Shown in pieces: positions 1-9,919 of a stretch of DNA of 64,000 bases (within the stretch, counting starts at the first letter, position 1; each line of letters opens with the position of its first letter). The position numbers and the translations under genes were made by a program. The notes under the pieces are model-generated. The model saw only the letters and a list, made by a program, of their open reading frames with translations. It was not told the DNA's origin and searched no databases. Source of the stretch: an uncultured Alphaproteobacteria bacterium (GTDB taxonomy: Bacteria > Pseudomonadota > Alphaproteobacteria > HIMB59 > GCA-002718135); NCBI GenBank assembly GCA_902574475.1, contig CACGNZ010000002.1:18161-82160 (forward strand), given 5' to 3'.

Positions 1-561
1 GAGAGTAAACATCAGTTATCTAAATTAGGAATTAGAATTGGTGCTAAATATTTTTTTATACCAAATCTACTAAAGAAAAAACCTTTAGAGTTATGTGCTA
101 TTTTATGGAAAACATTTTATCAAAATGACATAGATCATATTTTGCCGATGCCATTAAATGGTAGAGTATCGTTCAAATCAGAAATTAAAATGCCTAACAA
201 TTATTGGCAATCTATTGGATATATTAATATTAATAATTTTTTATTTAGAATAGATGTTTTCGAAAAAATTTTTTTTCTTGCAAGACAAAAATTAAAGAAA
301 GGACCTTTTTTAGAATCATCTGATCTTATGAACCCAATTGGATGTAATAGTAATCAACTAAAAGATATAATGGTATTTTGTGGTTATGAATATCTTACAA
401 TTTCTGATGAAAAGAAATTATTTTACTTAAGCAATAAGAAAAAAGAAACTCAAAAAACTATTAAAAATAATTTAAATAAAAAAATAACTAAAAAATATAA
501 TAAAGATAAATCTAAAAGAGATCCTAATTCTCCCTTTGCAGTTTTAGAAAAACTTCTTTAA
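1..561 (+). CDS. C-terminal fragment of a helicase-like protein (5' end outside the window)
   Basis: Frame 1 is open from base 1 and runs into tracked ORF 142..561 (ESKHQLSKLGIRIGAKYFFIPNLLKKKPLELCAILW...). This block and the Lys-rich tail resemble the C-terminus of alphaproteobacterial Suv3/MgpS-type helicases, which often sit upstream of fdxA-carD. Recall-based, no alignment run. Confidence 0.4.
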   Translation, partial: ESKHQLSKLGIRIGAKYFFIPNLLKKKPLELCAILWKTFYQNDIDHILPMPLNGRVSFKSEIKMPNNYWQSIGYININNFLFRIDVFEKIFFLARQKLKKGPFLESSDLMNPIGCNSNQLKDIMVFCGYEYLTISDEKKLFYLSNKKKETQKTIKNNLNKKITKKYNKDKSKRDPNSPFAVLEKLL

Positions 562-582
562 AGGTATTTTATTAGGTATAAA

Positions 583-1026
583 TTGATAAACTTATTAAAA
601 AATATTTTAAATAGTCAAAATTCTACAGCGGAAAAAGAAGATAGTAAAAATCTTGAATTGCTGTGTGGATTAATGATTGAGGCAGCTTACACTGATGGTC
701 AAATTGATGAAAGCGAGCTAAAAAAAATAAGATTAACTTTGATAGATATTTTTAAAGAAAATCCATATGAGGTTGATTTGGTTATTAAAGAATCAGTTAA
801 AAATAAAAATAATTCTAAATCTCTTCATCATTATACATCCTTTATAAATAAAAATTTCAGTGATGATAAAAAACTTCTTCTTATTGAGGCTTTATGGGAA
901 ATAGTATTATCTGATGGAGAAATACATGATTATGAGTCAAATCTGATAAGAAGACTTGCTGGATTACTTTATATTTCTGATGTAAACTCTGGAAATGCAA
1001 GAAAAAGAGCGCTAGATAAATCTTAA
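583..1026 (+). CDS. TerB-family (tellurite-resistance TerB-like) small protein
   Basis: 147 aa with two acidic DG.I...E repeats (AAYTDGQIDESELKKI; LSDGEIHDYESNLIRRLAGLL) typical of the TerB fold. Apparent TTG start at 583; the first in-frame ATG is about 30 codons later. Confidence 0.55.
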   Translation: MINLLKNILNSQNSTAEKEDSKNLELLCGLMIEAAYTDGQIDESELKKIRLTLIDIFKENPYEVDLVIKESVKNKNNSKSLHHYTSFINKNFSDDKKLLLIEALWEIVLSDGEIHDYESNLIRRLAGLLYISDVNSGNARKRALDKS

Positions 1027-1032
1027 AATAAA

Positions 1033-1365
1033 ATGACATACGTAGTCGATGAAAAATGTATTAAGTGTAAGCACATGGATTGTGTTGAAGTTTGTCCTGT
1101 AGATTGCTTTTATGAGGGAGAAAATATGTTAGTTATACATCCAGATGAATGTATAGATTGTGGTGTTTGTGAACCAGAATGTCCTGTGGAGGCTATTTTA
1201 TCTGATACGCAAGAAGGTATCGAAAAGTGGGCAGAAATAAATAGAAAATTTTCTGAGATATGGCCAAACATAAGTGAGAAAAAAGATCCTCCTAATGATG
1301 CTGAAGAATGGAATAATGTTCCTGATAAATTTGAAAAATACTTTAGTGATAAACCAGGAAAATAA
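1033..1365 (+). CDS. fdxA: 7Fe-type ferredoxin
   Basis: 110 aa with cluster motifs [18 protein letters not shown] and [12 protein letters not shown]. Canonical FdxA N-terminus MTYVV.E.CI.CK. Confidence 0.9.
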   Translation: MTYVVDEKCIKCKHMDCVEVCPVDCFYEGENMLVIHPDECIDCGVCEPECPVEAILSDTQEGIEKWAEINRKFSEIWPNISEKKDPPNDAEEWNNVPDKFEKYFSDKPGK

Positions 1366-1383
1366 ATCAAAAAGGGGAAGTTA

Positions 1384-1887
1384 ATGTCTAAAAAAAAATT
1401 ATCTGAATTCAAAATTGGCGAAATAGTTGTTTACCCCAAACATGGAGTAGGAGAAATTTCAAAAATCGAAACTATGGAAATTGCAAGTATTAAAACAAAA
1501 TTTTACGTTGTAAAAATGGAACAATCAAAACTTATAATTAGAGTCCCTTTAGATAAACAAGATGAAGTAGGTTTAAGAAAAATATCATCAAAAAAGACTA
1601 TTGAGGAAGTTTTTTCTACACTAAAATTAAAACCAAAAATAAGAAGAATAATGTGGAGTAGAAGAGCACAAGAATATGATACTAAAATTTTTTCGGGAGA
1701 TCCAATTAAAATTTCTGAAGTAGTTAGAGATTTGTTTAGAAAAAACAGTCAATCTGAGCAATCGTATAGCGAAAGACAAATGTTTCAAGTTGCTATTGAA
1801 CGTCTAGCACGAGAAGTAGCAGCTGTAGAAAAAACAGATTATTTTCAATCTACTGAAAAGATAGAACAAATCCTTAATAAAAAATAA
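1384..1887 (+). CDS. carD: CarD-family transcriptional regulator
   Basis: 167 aa. N-terminal FKIGEIVVYPKHGVGEI (CarD/TRCF RNAP-interacting domain) and an fdxA-carD pairing typical of alphaproteobacteria. Confidence 0.85.
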   Translation: MSKKKLSEFKIGEIVVYPKHGVGEISKIETMEIASIKTKFYVVKMEQSKLIIRVPLDKQDEVGLRKISSKKTIEEVFSTLKLKPKIRRIMWSRRAQEYDTKIFSGDPIKISEVVRDLFRKNSQSEQSYSERQMFQVAIERLAREVAAVEKTDYFQSTEKIEQILNKK

Positions 1888-1891
1888 TACT

Positions 1892-2704
1892 TTGGAAAAC
1901 ACAGGTAATTTTATTGAATTAAATAAATCTGAAAAGATATGGGCTATTGGATCCATTCATTCAAATTTAAAAGCTTTTAATTTAGTTAAAAAATTTATTC
2001 TAGATAAGTTTAGCATTAATGATAAATTAATATTTTTAGGTAATATTATAGGTCTTGGAGATAGCTCTAAAGAAACTCTGACTAGTGTTTTAGACTTAAG
2101 ATTTAGATTAATGTCAAAATTTAAACTTAAACCAGAATCAATTATTTTTTTAAGAGGTGCACAAGAGGAAATGTTTAGTAAATTATTACAACTTCAGCTT
2201 GCTCCTAATCCTACAGAGATTATAGATTGGATGTTTGAGCATGGTGTTAATAAAACACTAAATTCATATGGTTTTGCTAGTGATGAAGTTAAAAGTGTAT
2301 CTTCTGCTGGTACTATTAAAATATCAAGATGGACTTCAAATTTAAATAAGACTTTACATTCATATCCTGGACACACCCAATACTTTTTAAATTTAAAACA
2401 TGCTGCATATTCACATACAAAAAAAATATTATTTGTTAATCGTGGTGTCGATATAACTAGACCTCTTTCAGCACAAAACGATTGTTTTTGGTGGGGATTT
2501 CAAAATTTTTCTACAATACAAGAACCATACAAAACTTTTTTGAGAATTGTCAGGGGATATGAATCTCAACATTCAAACGAGATAGATATTTCAAATAACA
2601 ATGTTGTATGCACTCTGTTTAAGCAGCCTCTCTCCAACAAAAATGTCATCTTTGGAATTTTTGGAGAAAATGGTGAAATATACGATTTATTTGAAAATAA
2701 TTGA
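1892..2704 (+). CDS. Metallophosphoesterase-like protein with degenerate catalytic motifs
   Basis: 270 aa with a TTG start. Blocks at the canonical spacing for calcineurin-like phosphoesterases are substituted: IGSIHS for GDxHG, LGNIIGLG for GDxxDRG, RGAQEE for GNHE. Confidence 0.55.
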   Translation: MENTGNFIELNKSEKIWAIGSIHSNLKAFNLVKKFILDKFSINDKLIFLGNIIGLGDSSKETLTSVLDLRFRLMSKFKLKPESIIFLRGAQEEMFSKLLQLQLAPNPTEIIDWMFEHGVNKTLNSYGFASDEVKSVSSAGTIKISRWTSNLNKTLHSYPGHTQYFLNLKHAAYSHTKKILFVNRGVDITRPLSAQNDCFWWGFQNFSTIQEPYKTFLRIVRGYESQHSNEIDISNNNVVCTLFKQPLSNKNVIFGIFGENGEIYDLFENN

Positions 2705-2730
2705 TCTATTTCAAAAAACATTCGTATAAT
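2701..2730 (+). promoter_or_regulatory. Putative sigma70-like promoter of rpoH (TTGATC-N18-TATAAT), possibly giving a leaderless mRNA
   Basis: TTGATC at 2701-2706 and TATAAT at 2725-2730. The rpoH ATG at 2736 is only 5 nt after the -10 box, with no purine-rich SD between. AT-rich background makes chance matches common. Confidence 0.3.
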
Positions 2731-2735
2731 AATAT

Positions 2736-3602
2736 ATGGTCAGTAAAAACTATTTTTTCTCTAATAATCTTATAGAGTTATCAAAAAAAGCCGCTATTCT
2801 TGAAAAAAATGAGGAATTCTACTTAATAAATGACTGGAGAGACAATAAAAATCCAAGTTCGCTTCAAAAAATTTTAAACTCTTATCTTCGTTTGGCAGTG
2901 TCATATGCAAGGAAATATTCTAGTTATGGTTTACCAATTGATGATTTAATTCATGAAGGTGTTCTTGGTATTATGCACGCTCTTGAAAAATTTGATACTT
3001 CAAAAGATTTTAGATTGTCAACATATGCTTCATGGTGGATCAGAGCATCTATACAGGATTACATACTAAAAAATTGGTCAGTTGTTAGAACAGGGTCCAC
3101 TGCATCTCAAAAAGCTCTTTTTTTTAACCTTAAAAAAATTAAACAACAAATTAATGATGTTTCTAGAGAATTTATGGGTCAAGATGAGATAAATCAAGTT
3201 TCAAACATTTTAAATGTTAAATCTATAGAAGTACAAAATATGGAGTCTAGGTTGACAGGTGGAGACTTGCATTTAAACCAAAAAGTAGACAATGAAACAG
3301 AAAACGACCTTATGAGCTTACTAGCAGATGAACGTCAAAACCCTGAAGAGAGTTACGAAAACTTTAATGATAAAAATATAAAGAAGGATTTTATCAATAA
3401 GGCAATAAATACTCTTAACGAAAGAGAAAAAATTATAATACGTCTAAGAAAGCTTAGAGAAAAAAGCATAACTTTGGATGAATTAGGCCAAAAACTAAAA
3501 ATAAGTAAAGAGAGAGTTAGGCAAATTGAAACCAAAGCACTTGAAAAACTAAAAAAATCTTTATTAGAAATTTCTCATCAAAATAAAGAATTTTTTATTT
3601 GA
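2736..3602 (+). CDS. rpoH: RNA polymerase sigma-32 (heat-shock sigma factor)
   Basis: 288 aa. RpoH box QKALFFNLKK, region 2 YASWWIRASIQDYI, region 4.2 ITLDELGQKLKISKERVRQIE. Confidence 0.9.
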   Translation: MVSKNYFFSNNLIELSKKAAILEKNEEFYLINDWRDNKNPSSLQKILNSYLRLAVSYARKYSSYGLPIDDLIHEGVLGIMHALEKFDTSKDFRLSTYASWWIRASIQDYILKNWSVVRTGSTASQKALFFNLKKIKQQINDVSREFMGQDEINQVSNILNVKSIEVQNMESRLTGGDLHLNQKVDNETENDLMSLLADERQNPEESYENFNDKNIKKDFINKAINTLNEREKIIIRLRKLREKSITLDELGQKLKISKERVRQIETKALEKLKKSLLEISHQNKEFFI

Positions 3603-3633
3603 TAGCCGTATTAATTGATTATAAAATACTTCA

Positions 3634-4164
3634 ATGCTAAAATTGCTAGTATCGATCATATTTTTGTTATTTACAAACTCAGCAATATCTGAAGGAACAA
3701 ATGTATTTGGATTAGGAATATATGATATAAAATTTGATGGTTCTGAAAAAAATCAAACTGCAGATTTTAGATATGAATATAGAAGTGACAAATCATTAAT
3801 AAATATTGGACCTGAAGTAGATAATTTTTTTTTCTTAAAGCCTTTCTTTGGTGTTGAATACACAAATGACTCTGCATCTTATTTTTTAACTGGAATTTAC
3901 TTTGAGGATAACCTAGGCGAGTTATTTGAAGGTAATAAAAGTAAATTTTTTTTTACTCCAAGTTTTGGAGCAGGTATATACAATGACGGTTCTGGAAAAA
4001 AATTAGGAAATGATCTACAATTTAGAACTTCACTAGAAGTAAGTTACGAATTAAATAACAAAAATAGAATTGGTATTTCATTTAGTCATATTTCAAATGC
4101 AAATTTAGGTGATAAAAATCCTGGTGTTGAAATATTAAGCTTTTCTTATCATATCCCTTATTAA
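3634..4164 (+). CDS. Outer-membrane acyloxyacyl hydrolase / lipid A deacylase (PagL-like)
   Basis: 176 aa with a signal peptide (MLKLLVSIIFLLFTNSAIS). The C-terminal FSHISNANLGDKNPGVEILSFSY matches the H.SN...NPG catalytic block of PagL-like beta-barrels. Confidence 0.6.
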   Translation: MLKLLVSIIFLLFTNSAISEGTNVFGLGIYDIKFDGSEKNQTADFRYEYRSDKSLINIGPEVDNFFFLKPFFGVEYTNDSASYFLTGIYFEDNLGELFEGNKSKFFFTPSFGAGIYNDGSGKKLGNDLQFRTSLEVSYELNNKNRIGISFSHISNANLGDKNPGVEILSFSYHIPY

Positions 4165-4168
4165 AAAA

Positions 4169-5143
4169 TTAATTAAGGTTTTTTTCACTAACGAATTTTA
4201 CTAATAAATCTTCAATTAAATTAATTTTTTGATCTTTCATATAGTCATTTATTTTAGATTTATAAATTTTACTATGAGGAACAGAAAAAAAAATATTAAG
4301 AAGAGGGCTTAATAATCTAAATACTGATTCAAATGCTAGTTTTGGCTTTATATATTCAAAATAATTATTAATTATTGCTTCATCAATTAATTTATTTTTT
4401 TCTTTAAAAATTTTTTTATCAACCTCTTTTAATATAAAGGGGTTATTTTTAATTAATCTTCCAACCATTATTCCATCAAATTCCTTTAATAATTTTTCAG
4501 CTTTATCAAGGTTGTCTATTCCTCCATTAAGAATGAATGTTATTTTAGGAAATTTATATTTAATTTTTTTTACAAAATCATAACTGAGAGGAGGTATTGT
4601 TCTATTGGCTTGAGGACTAATACCACTTAGTATTGCATTTCTAGCATGTACATAAATAAATTTAATTCCAGTTTTTGATATCTCATCAATAAATTCTTCA
4701 AAGAATTCATAATTTAACTCCTTGCCCAATCCCAATCTACATTTTAACGTAGCTTCGATCTTATGATTTTGTAGAGCTTCCATACAGTTTCTCACAAGTA
4801 CTTTATCTTTCATAAGACATGCACCAAAACTACCTTTTTGCACAGCCTTACTAGGACAGCCAACATTTAAATTAATTTCATCATAATTGTAATCTACTGC
4901 AATTTTAGAAGCTTTAGATAAATCTTCAACTTCAGAACCGCCTACTTGAAGAGCTACAGGGTTATTAGAATCATTATCAATAATATTTTCTCTACTCTTT
5001 GAATAAATTAGTGATTTTGTTGCTATCATCTCACTAAATAAAAAACTATTGTCTGATAAAATTCTATAAAGTTTCCTTGCATATGGTGTCGTATACCCCA
5101 TCATTGGTGCTACACAGAATCTTCTACTAATTTCCTTTTTCAT
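4169..5143 (-). CDS. dusA: tRNA-dihydrouridine synthase A
   Basis: 324 aa. CVAPMMGYTT N-terminus and the NLNVGCPS active-site block of Dus enzymes. Confidence 0.85.
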   Translation of the reverse strand: MKKEISRRFCVAPMMGYTTPYARKLYRILSDNSFLFSEMIATKSLIYSKSRENIIDNDSNNPVALQVGGSEVEDLSKASKIAVDYNYDEINLNVGCPSKAVQKGSFGACLMKDKVLVRNCMEALQNHKIEATLKCRLGLGKELNYEFFEEFIDEISKTGIKFIYVHARNAILSGISPQANRTIPPLSYDFVKKIKYKFPKITFILNGGIDNLDKAEKLLKEFDGIMVGRLIKNNPFILKEVDKKIFKEKNKLIDEAIINNYFEYIKPKLAFESVFRLLSPLLNIFFSVPHSKIYKSKINDYMKDQKINLIEDLLVKFVSEKNLN

Positions 5144-5180
5144 ATAATTTTGTTATATAAATAATTTAAAAAATAATAAT

Positions 5181-5810
5181 ATGGAAATACCAAAATTTTT
5201 AATTGAAAGATATCAGTTCTGGAAAAAGAATACTTTTGAAGATTATAAAAATATCTATCATCAAGCATCTAAAACTGCACAAAAACCAATTGCTATGATT
5301 ATTACTTGCTGCGATTCTAGAATTCTTGAAAATACAATTTTTGGTGGAGGTGTTGGAGACTATTTTATACATAGAAACATTGCTAATATAGTTCCCTCTA
5401 AAAATGATAAAGAACAAAATGTACAAACATTGTCTGCTATTGAATATGCTTTAAAAGTTTTAAAAATTCCAAATTTAATTATTTTAGGCCACTCAAACTG
5501 TGGTGGAGTTGAGTATTCTTACAAAACATTAATAGATAAAAAAAATGTTAATAATTTTGAATATATAAATAAATGGGTAAGTTGTTTAAATAATTCTTAT
5601 AACAAAATACCATACAATCTTCCAGAAAGTGAAAAATTAACCTTTCTTGAACAGGAAAATATAAAACAATCAATTAGAAATTTACATGAATATGAATTTA
5701 TAAATAAATTAATAAATGAAAATAAACTCAATGTTATTGGTTTGTGGTATAAAATAAATTCTGGTTTAATCAAGTTTTTAGATAATAATAGCTTTATAGA
5801 TTTAGATTAA
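5181..5810 (+). CDS. Beta-class carbonic anhydrase
   Basis: 209 aa with zinc-ligand motifs CCDSR and GHSNCGG. Confidence 0.85.
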   Translation: MEIPKFLIERYQFWKKNTFEDYKNIYHQASKTAQKPIAMIITCCDSRILENTIFGGGVGDYFIHRNIANIVPSKNDKEQNVQTLSAIEYALKVLKIPNLIILGHSNCGGVEYSYKTLIDKKNVNNFEYINKWVSCLNNSYNKIPYNLPESEKLTFLEQENIKQSIRNLHEYEFINKLINENKLNVIGLWYKINSGLIKFLDNNSFIDLD

Positions 5811-6592
5811 TTGTAAGTAAATTTAGTACTAGGAAATTTTTTAAACTTAACTTCTCGATTGTATTTCTTGACTACGTTACCGGCAATTTTATTAAAATTA
5901 ATATAATTTTTTACAAATTTTGGTTTTTTATCATTTGTACTTAAATTTATTAAATCATCAAATACTAAAACTTGACCATCACAATATTTTGAGGCACCTA
6001 TACCTATTGTAGGTATCGAAATATTTTCTGTAATTAGTCTAGCTGTCTCAGTTGTTATACATTCTAACAATACAGCTTTAGCTCCAAGTATTTCAGATTC
6101 TTTTGCTAACTTTAATAAATTTTGTTTTTCTTTATTAGTTTTTCCTAAAACTTTAATTTTATTAAAATTCTTATAACTTTGTGGTGTTACTCCTATATGA
6201 GAAATAACATTTACTTTTTTATCTACTAAGTGTTTTAAAACTACTAATTTTTTTTCACTAATTTCTATCTTTAATAAATCAGGCCTACAGTGATTTAAAA
6301 GTATTTTAGCATTTTTATATGCATCAATTTTATTATCATATGTTTTATAGGGCATATCTAAAACTTTTAAACTTTTTTTAATTTCCTTATTTACAGCTGA
6401 CCCATGATTTTTCATCATATCCATAGTAACTCCTTGAGTATTATTCATTCCATAGAGTGTTGAACCAAGAGAGTCTCCAACTAGTATTAAATCAATTTTT
6501 CCATCTAATATTTTTGCTATTGATGGAGAATATGCAGTCAAACAGCTTATTGGTTTAGAAAAATTTTTATTTAAAATTTTAATTTTTTTCAT
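5807..6592 (-). CDS. panB: 3-methyl-2-oxobutanoate hydroxymethyltransferase
   Basis: 261 aa. LTAYSPSIAKILD...LILVGDSLG block typical of PanB. Confidence 0.85.
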   Translation of the reverse strand: MKKIKILNKNFSKPISCLTAYSPSIAKILDGKIDLILVGDSLGSTLYGMNNTQGVTMDMMKNHGSAVNKEIKKSLKVLDMPYKTYDNKIDAYKNAKILLNHCRPDLLKIEISEKKLVVLKHLVDKKVNVISHIGVTPQSYKNFNKIKVLGKTNKEKQNLLKLAKESEILGAKAVLLECITTETARLITENISIPTIGIGASKYCDGQVLVFDDLINLSTNDKKPKFVKNYINFNKIAGNVVKKYNREVKFKKFPSTKFTYN

Positions 6593-6623
6593 TTTTAAAT
6601 TTCAATTAAACTTTTAATAAGAA

Positions 6624-8541
6624 TTAAACTTTTAATTTAAAATTCTTTATATCAATAATTTTGTTGTCATAAAAATTATTAATTTCTCTGATTATTGATT
6701 CAGTATCCATTTTAATATCATGATATTGCTCATCCGGTGTCATATGTTCAACAAAACGATCTGGAAAAATTAAATTTTTTATCACAACATTATTCTTTTT
6801 TGATCTTATATTATGGACATAATGTAAAACATGAGATGAAAACCCACCTATAGAACCTTCTTCTATAGTTAAAATATACTTATGATTATTTAATAAGTTA
6901 TCTATTAATTGCATGTCTAATGGTTTTGCAAATCTTGCATCTGCAATAGTAGGATAAATATTATTTTGATTAAGAAACTTACTAGCTTCAATACATTTTT
7001 CAAGTCTCGTTCCTAAATTTAAGATTGCAACATCATTACCTTCAATTAGAATATATCCCTTACCTATATTGATATCTGTGGGCTGATTATTAAATAATTC
7101 ATCTGATCCTGCTCCTCTTGGAAATCTAAAAGCAGATGGTGTGTCATTAATCTCGCAAGATAACTCTATCATATTAGATAACTCTCTTTGGTTGCTAGGC
7201 GCCATAATTATAAAATTTGGTAATGTGGCTAAATAAGTAATATCAAATGAACCGGCATGAGTAGGGCCATCTGATCCTACTAACCCTGCTCTATCAATTG
7301 CAAATCTAACAGGTAATTTTTGAATAGCTACATCATGGACTATTTGATCATAAGCTCTTTGTAAAAATGTTGAATAAATTGCAACAAATGGTTTGAAACC
7401 CTCTGTAGCTAATCCAGCTGCCATTGTAACAGCATGTTGTTCAGCGATACCAACATCAAAAAATCTCTTTTGAAAATTTTGTTGGAATAATTTTAACCCT
7501 GTTCCAGACATCATAGCAGCTGTTATTGCCACAATTTTTTCGTCATTTTCAGCAAGTTTTGTTAGTTTTTCTGCAAAGACATTTGAGTAAGATTTTAAAT
7601 TTGTTTTTTTAACTGAGTTACCTGTATCAATATCAAACTTTTCTACACCATGAAATTTATCTTCTGATTTTTCTGCAGGACTATATCCTTTACCTTTTTT
7701 AGTTATACAATGGAGAAAAACTGGTTTATCAAATTTATTATCTCTAATGTTTTCTAGAACTGAAACCATATCGTCTATATTGTGACCATCTATTGGGCCA
7801 AGATAATAAAAACCCAATTCCTCAAATAAAGTACCTCCAGAGATAAGCCCTTTAGAATATTCTTCAGTTCTATAAAGAGTTTTTGAAAGATTTGATGGTA
7901 ATGTTTTAGAAATTTTTTTTATAATATTTCTTAAGCTTGAGTAAGATTTAGATGAAAGCAATCTAGTTAGATATGTACTCATAGCACCAACTGGTTTGTC
8001 TATTGACATTTTGTTATCATTTAAAATAACAATTAAACCTTTTTTTTTGTGCGCCTGCGTTGTTTAATCCTTCATACGCTAAACCTGCACTTAAAGCACC
8101 ATCTCCAACAACGCATATAACTTTTGAGTTGTCTTTATTTATATCTTTTGCAGTTTTAATTCCTAACCCCGCTGATACTGCTGTTGAACTATGGGCTGTA
8201 CCAAATGGATCATATTCACTTTCTGATCTTCTAACAAAACCATACACACCATCTTTTTTTCTCAGTGTCTCGATATTTTTTTTTCTACCTGTGATGATTT
8301 TATGAGGATAAGCTTGATGTCCCACATCCCAGATTAATTTATCATGTGGAGTGTTAAATACATAGTGGATTGCCACGGTTAACTCAACAACACCAAGTCC
8401 AGCACCTAGATGACCACCAGTTTTTGAAACAGTCTCAATTGTTTTAGCTCTCAATTCTTCTGAGATTTGCTTTAGATCTTTCTTTTTAAATTCTCTTAAG
8501 TCTGATGGAAAATTAATTTTATCTAAAAGATCATAATCCAT
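6624..8541 (-). pseudogene. dxs: 1-deoxy-D-xylulose-5-phosphate synthase, reading frame broken by one extra A in an A9 tract (8040-8048)
   Basis: N-terminal ORF 8017..8541 ([30 protein letters not shown]) ends ...[16 protein letters not shown]-terminal ORF 6624..8009 starts MSIDKPVGAMSTYL. Removing one A gives [23 protein letters not shown], the canonical Dxs (L/I)IVILNDN.MSI block, for a combined length of about 636 aa. Confidence 0.85.
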
Positions 8542-8680
8542 AATTTATTTTACTATTTTTGCTTAGATTTGATATTTTTATATCTGGAAAAAAACAAGTG
8601 TTTGTGGAAAGATTTTAGAGATAAATTTTAAAGTTAAAATCTCTAGACTTTTTAGAATTTAAAAACTAATTATAATATTA

Positions 8681-9919
8681 ATGTTTTATGATGTAGATAC
8701 AAAAAAAATTGATAAACTTGCACATCTATCTATTAAAAGAGGAGTTGCACTTCAAAAAGGTCAAAACCTTTTAATAACAGCACCCTTAGAATCTTTACCT
8801 TTAGTTAGAAAAATAGCTGAATATGCTTACAAAGAAGGAGCTGGACTTGTTACTCCACTTTTCAATGATTCTGATATTACATTATCTCGATTTAAGTTTG
8901 GCAATGATGAATCTTTCAATGTTGCAGCAAATTGGCTTTATAATGGGATGGGTGAAGCTTTTGATAATAATACGGCTAGAATGGCCATTGCTGGTGATGA
9001 CCCAATGCTATTATCTGAAATTGATCCTGATAAAGTTTCGCGCGCAAATAAAGCTAATGCAGTTGCATACAAACCAGCTAGAGAAAGAATTACTGAATTT
9101 AAGATTAACTGGAATATAATTTCTTGGCCAGGAAAAGCATGGGCAAAAAGAGTCTTCCCAGATCTTGATGAGAGTGAAGCAATTAAAAAATTAGGAGATG
9201 CAATATTTCATGCATCAAGAGTTAGTAATGATGATCCTGTAAGTGAATGGGACCAACATAATAAAAATTTAAGAGATAAAACAGATTGGTTAAATGCTAA
9301 AAATTTTCATTCGTTAAAATACTCTGGCCCTGGAACATCTTTAACTGTAGGTCTTGCTGATGACCATGAGTGGATGGGAGGCGCATCAGAGGCACAGAAT
9401 GGTATTGTTTGTAATCCAAATATCCCATCTGAAGAAGTGTTCACAACCCCTCATGCTGCTCGTGTAAGTGGTGAAGTCTGTTCAACCAAACCTCTATCTT
9501 ATCAAGGAACCCTAATTGAAGATATTAATGTTCGCTTTGAAGATGGTAAAATTGTTGATGCAAAATCCTCTAAAGGACAAGATGTTTTATTAAAAGTTCT
9601 TGATTCAGATGAAGGCTCAAGAAGACTTGGTGAAGTAGCCTTAGTTCCGAATAGCTCACCTATTTCGCAATTAGGAATAACTTTTTATAACACTCTTTTT
9701 GATGAAAATGCTGCCTCTCATATTGCTTTAGGACAGTGTTACTCAAAATGTTTCAAATCCAAAAAAGACTTATCAAAAGAAGAGATTACTCAAAGAGGTG
9801 GTAATTCAAGCATGATACATATTGATTGGATGATTGGCTCAGGTGAAATTGATGTCGAGGGTGTTGATAAGGATGGCGCTGCTACGCCAATATTTAAACA
9901 AGGAGAATGGTGTAACTAG
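8681..9919 (+). CDS. M29-family aminopeptidase (AmpS/PepS-like)
   Basis: 412 aa. The overall pattern (KLAHLSIKRGVALQKGQNLLI..., C-terminal HIALG...IHIDWMIG) matches thermophilic-metalloprotease M29 aminopeptidases. Confidence 0.8.
   Translation: MFYDVDTKKIDKLAHLSIKRGVALQKGQNLLITAPLESLPLVRKIAEYAYKEGAGLVTPLFNDSDITLSRFKFGNDESFNVAANWLYNGMGEAFDNNTARMAIAGDDPMLLSEIDPDKVSRANKANAVAYKPARERITEFKINWNIISWPGKAWAKRVFPDLDESEAIKKLGDAIFHASRVSNDDPVSEWDQHNKNLRDKTDWLNAKNFHSLKYSGPGTSLTVGLADDHEWMGGASEAQNGIVCNPNIPSEEVFTTPHAARVSGEVCSTKPLSYQGTLIEDINVRFEDGKIVDAKSSKGQDVLLKVLDSDEGSRRLGEVALVPNSSPISQLGITFYNTLFDENAASHIALGQCYSKCFKSKKDLSKEEITQRGGNSSMIHIDWMIGSGEIDVEGVDKDGAATPIFKQGEWCN

Noticed and set aside
1110-1412. Other long antisense or alternative-frame ORFs in the track (for example 1110..1412, 17419..17886, 21251..21751, 30725..31033, 33391..33690, 46697..47119, 60526..60912).
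   Set aside because: Each lies wholly within a confidently identified gene on the other strand or frame, and none has a recognisable motif. Such ORFs can arise when the antisense of a coding frame happens to lack stop codons.
8616-8645. The inverted repeat TAGAGAT...ATCTCTA (7 bp, 16-nt spacer) in the divergent dxs/aminopeptidase intergenic region, as a possible operator.
   Set aside because: It is short, AT-rich, and not extendable beyond 7 bp. It is within chance expectation for this composition, and there is no associated regulator gene.
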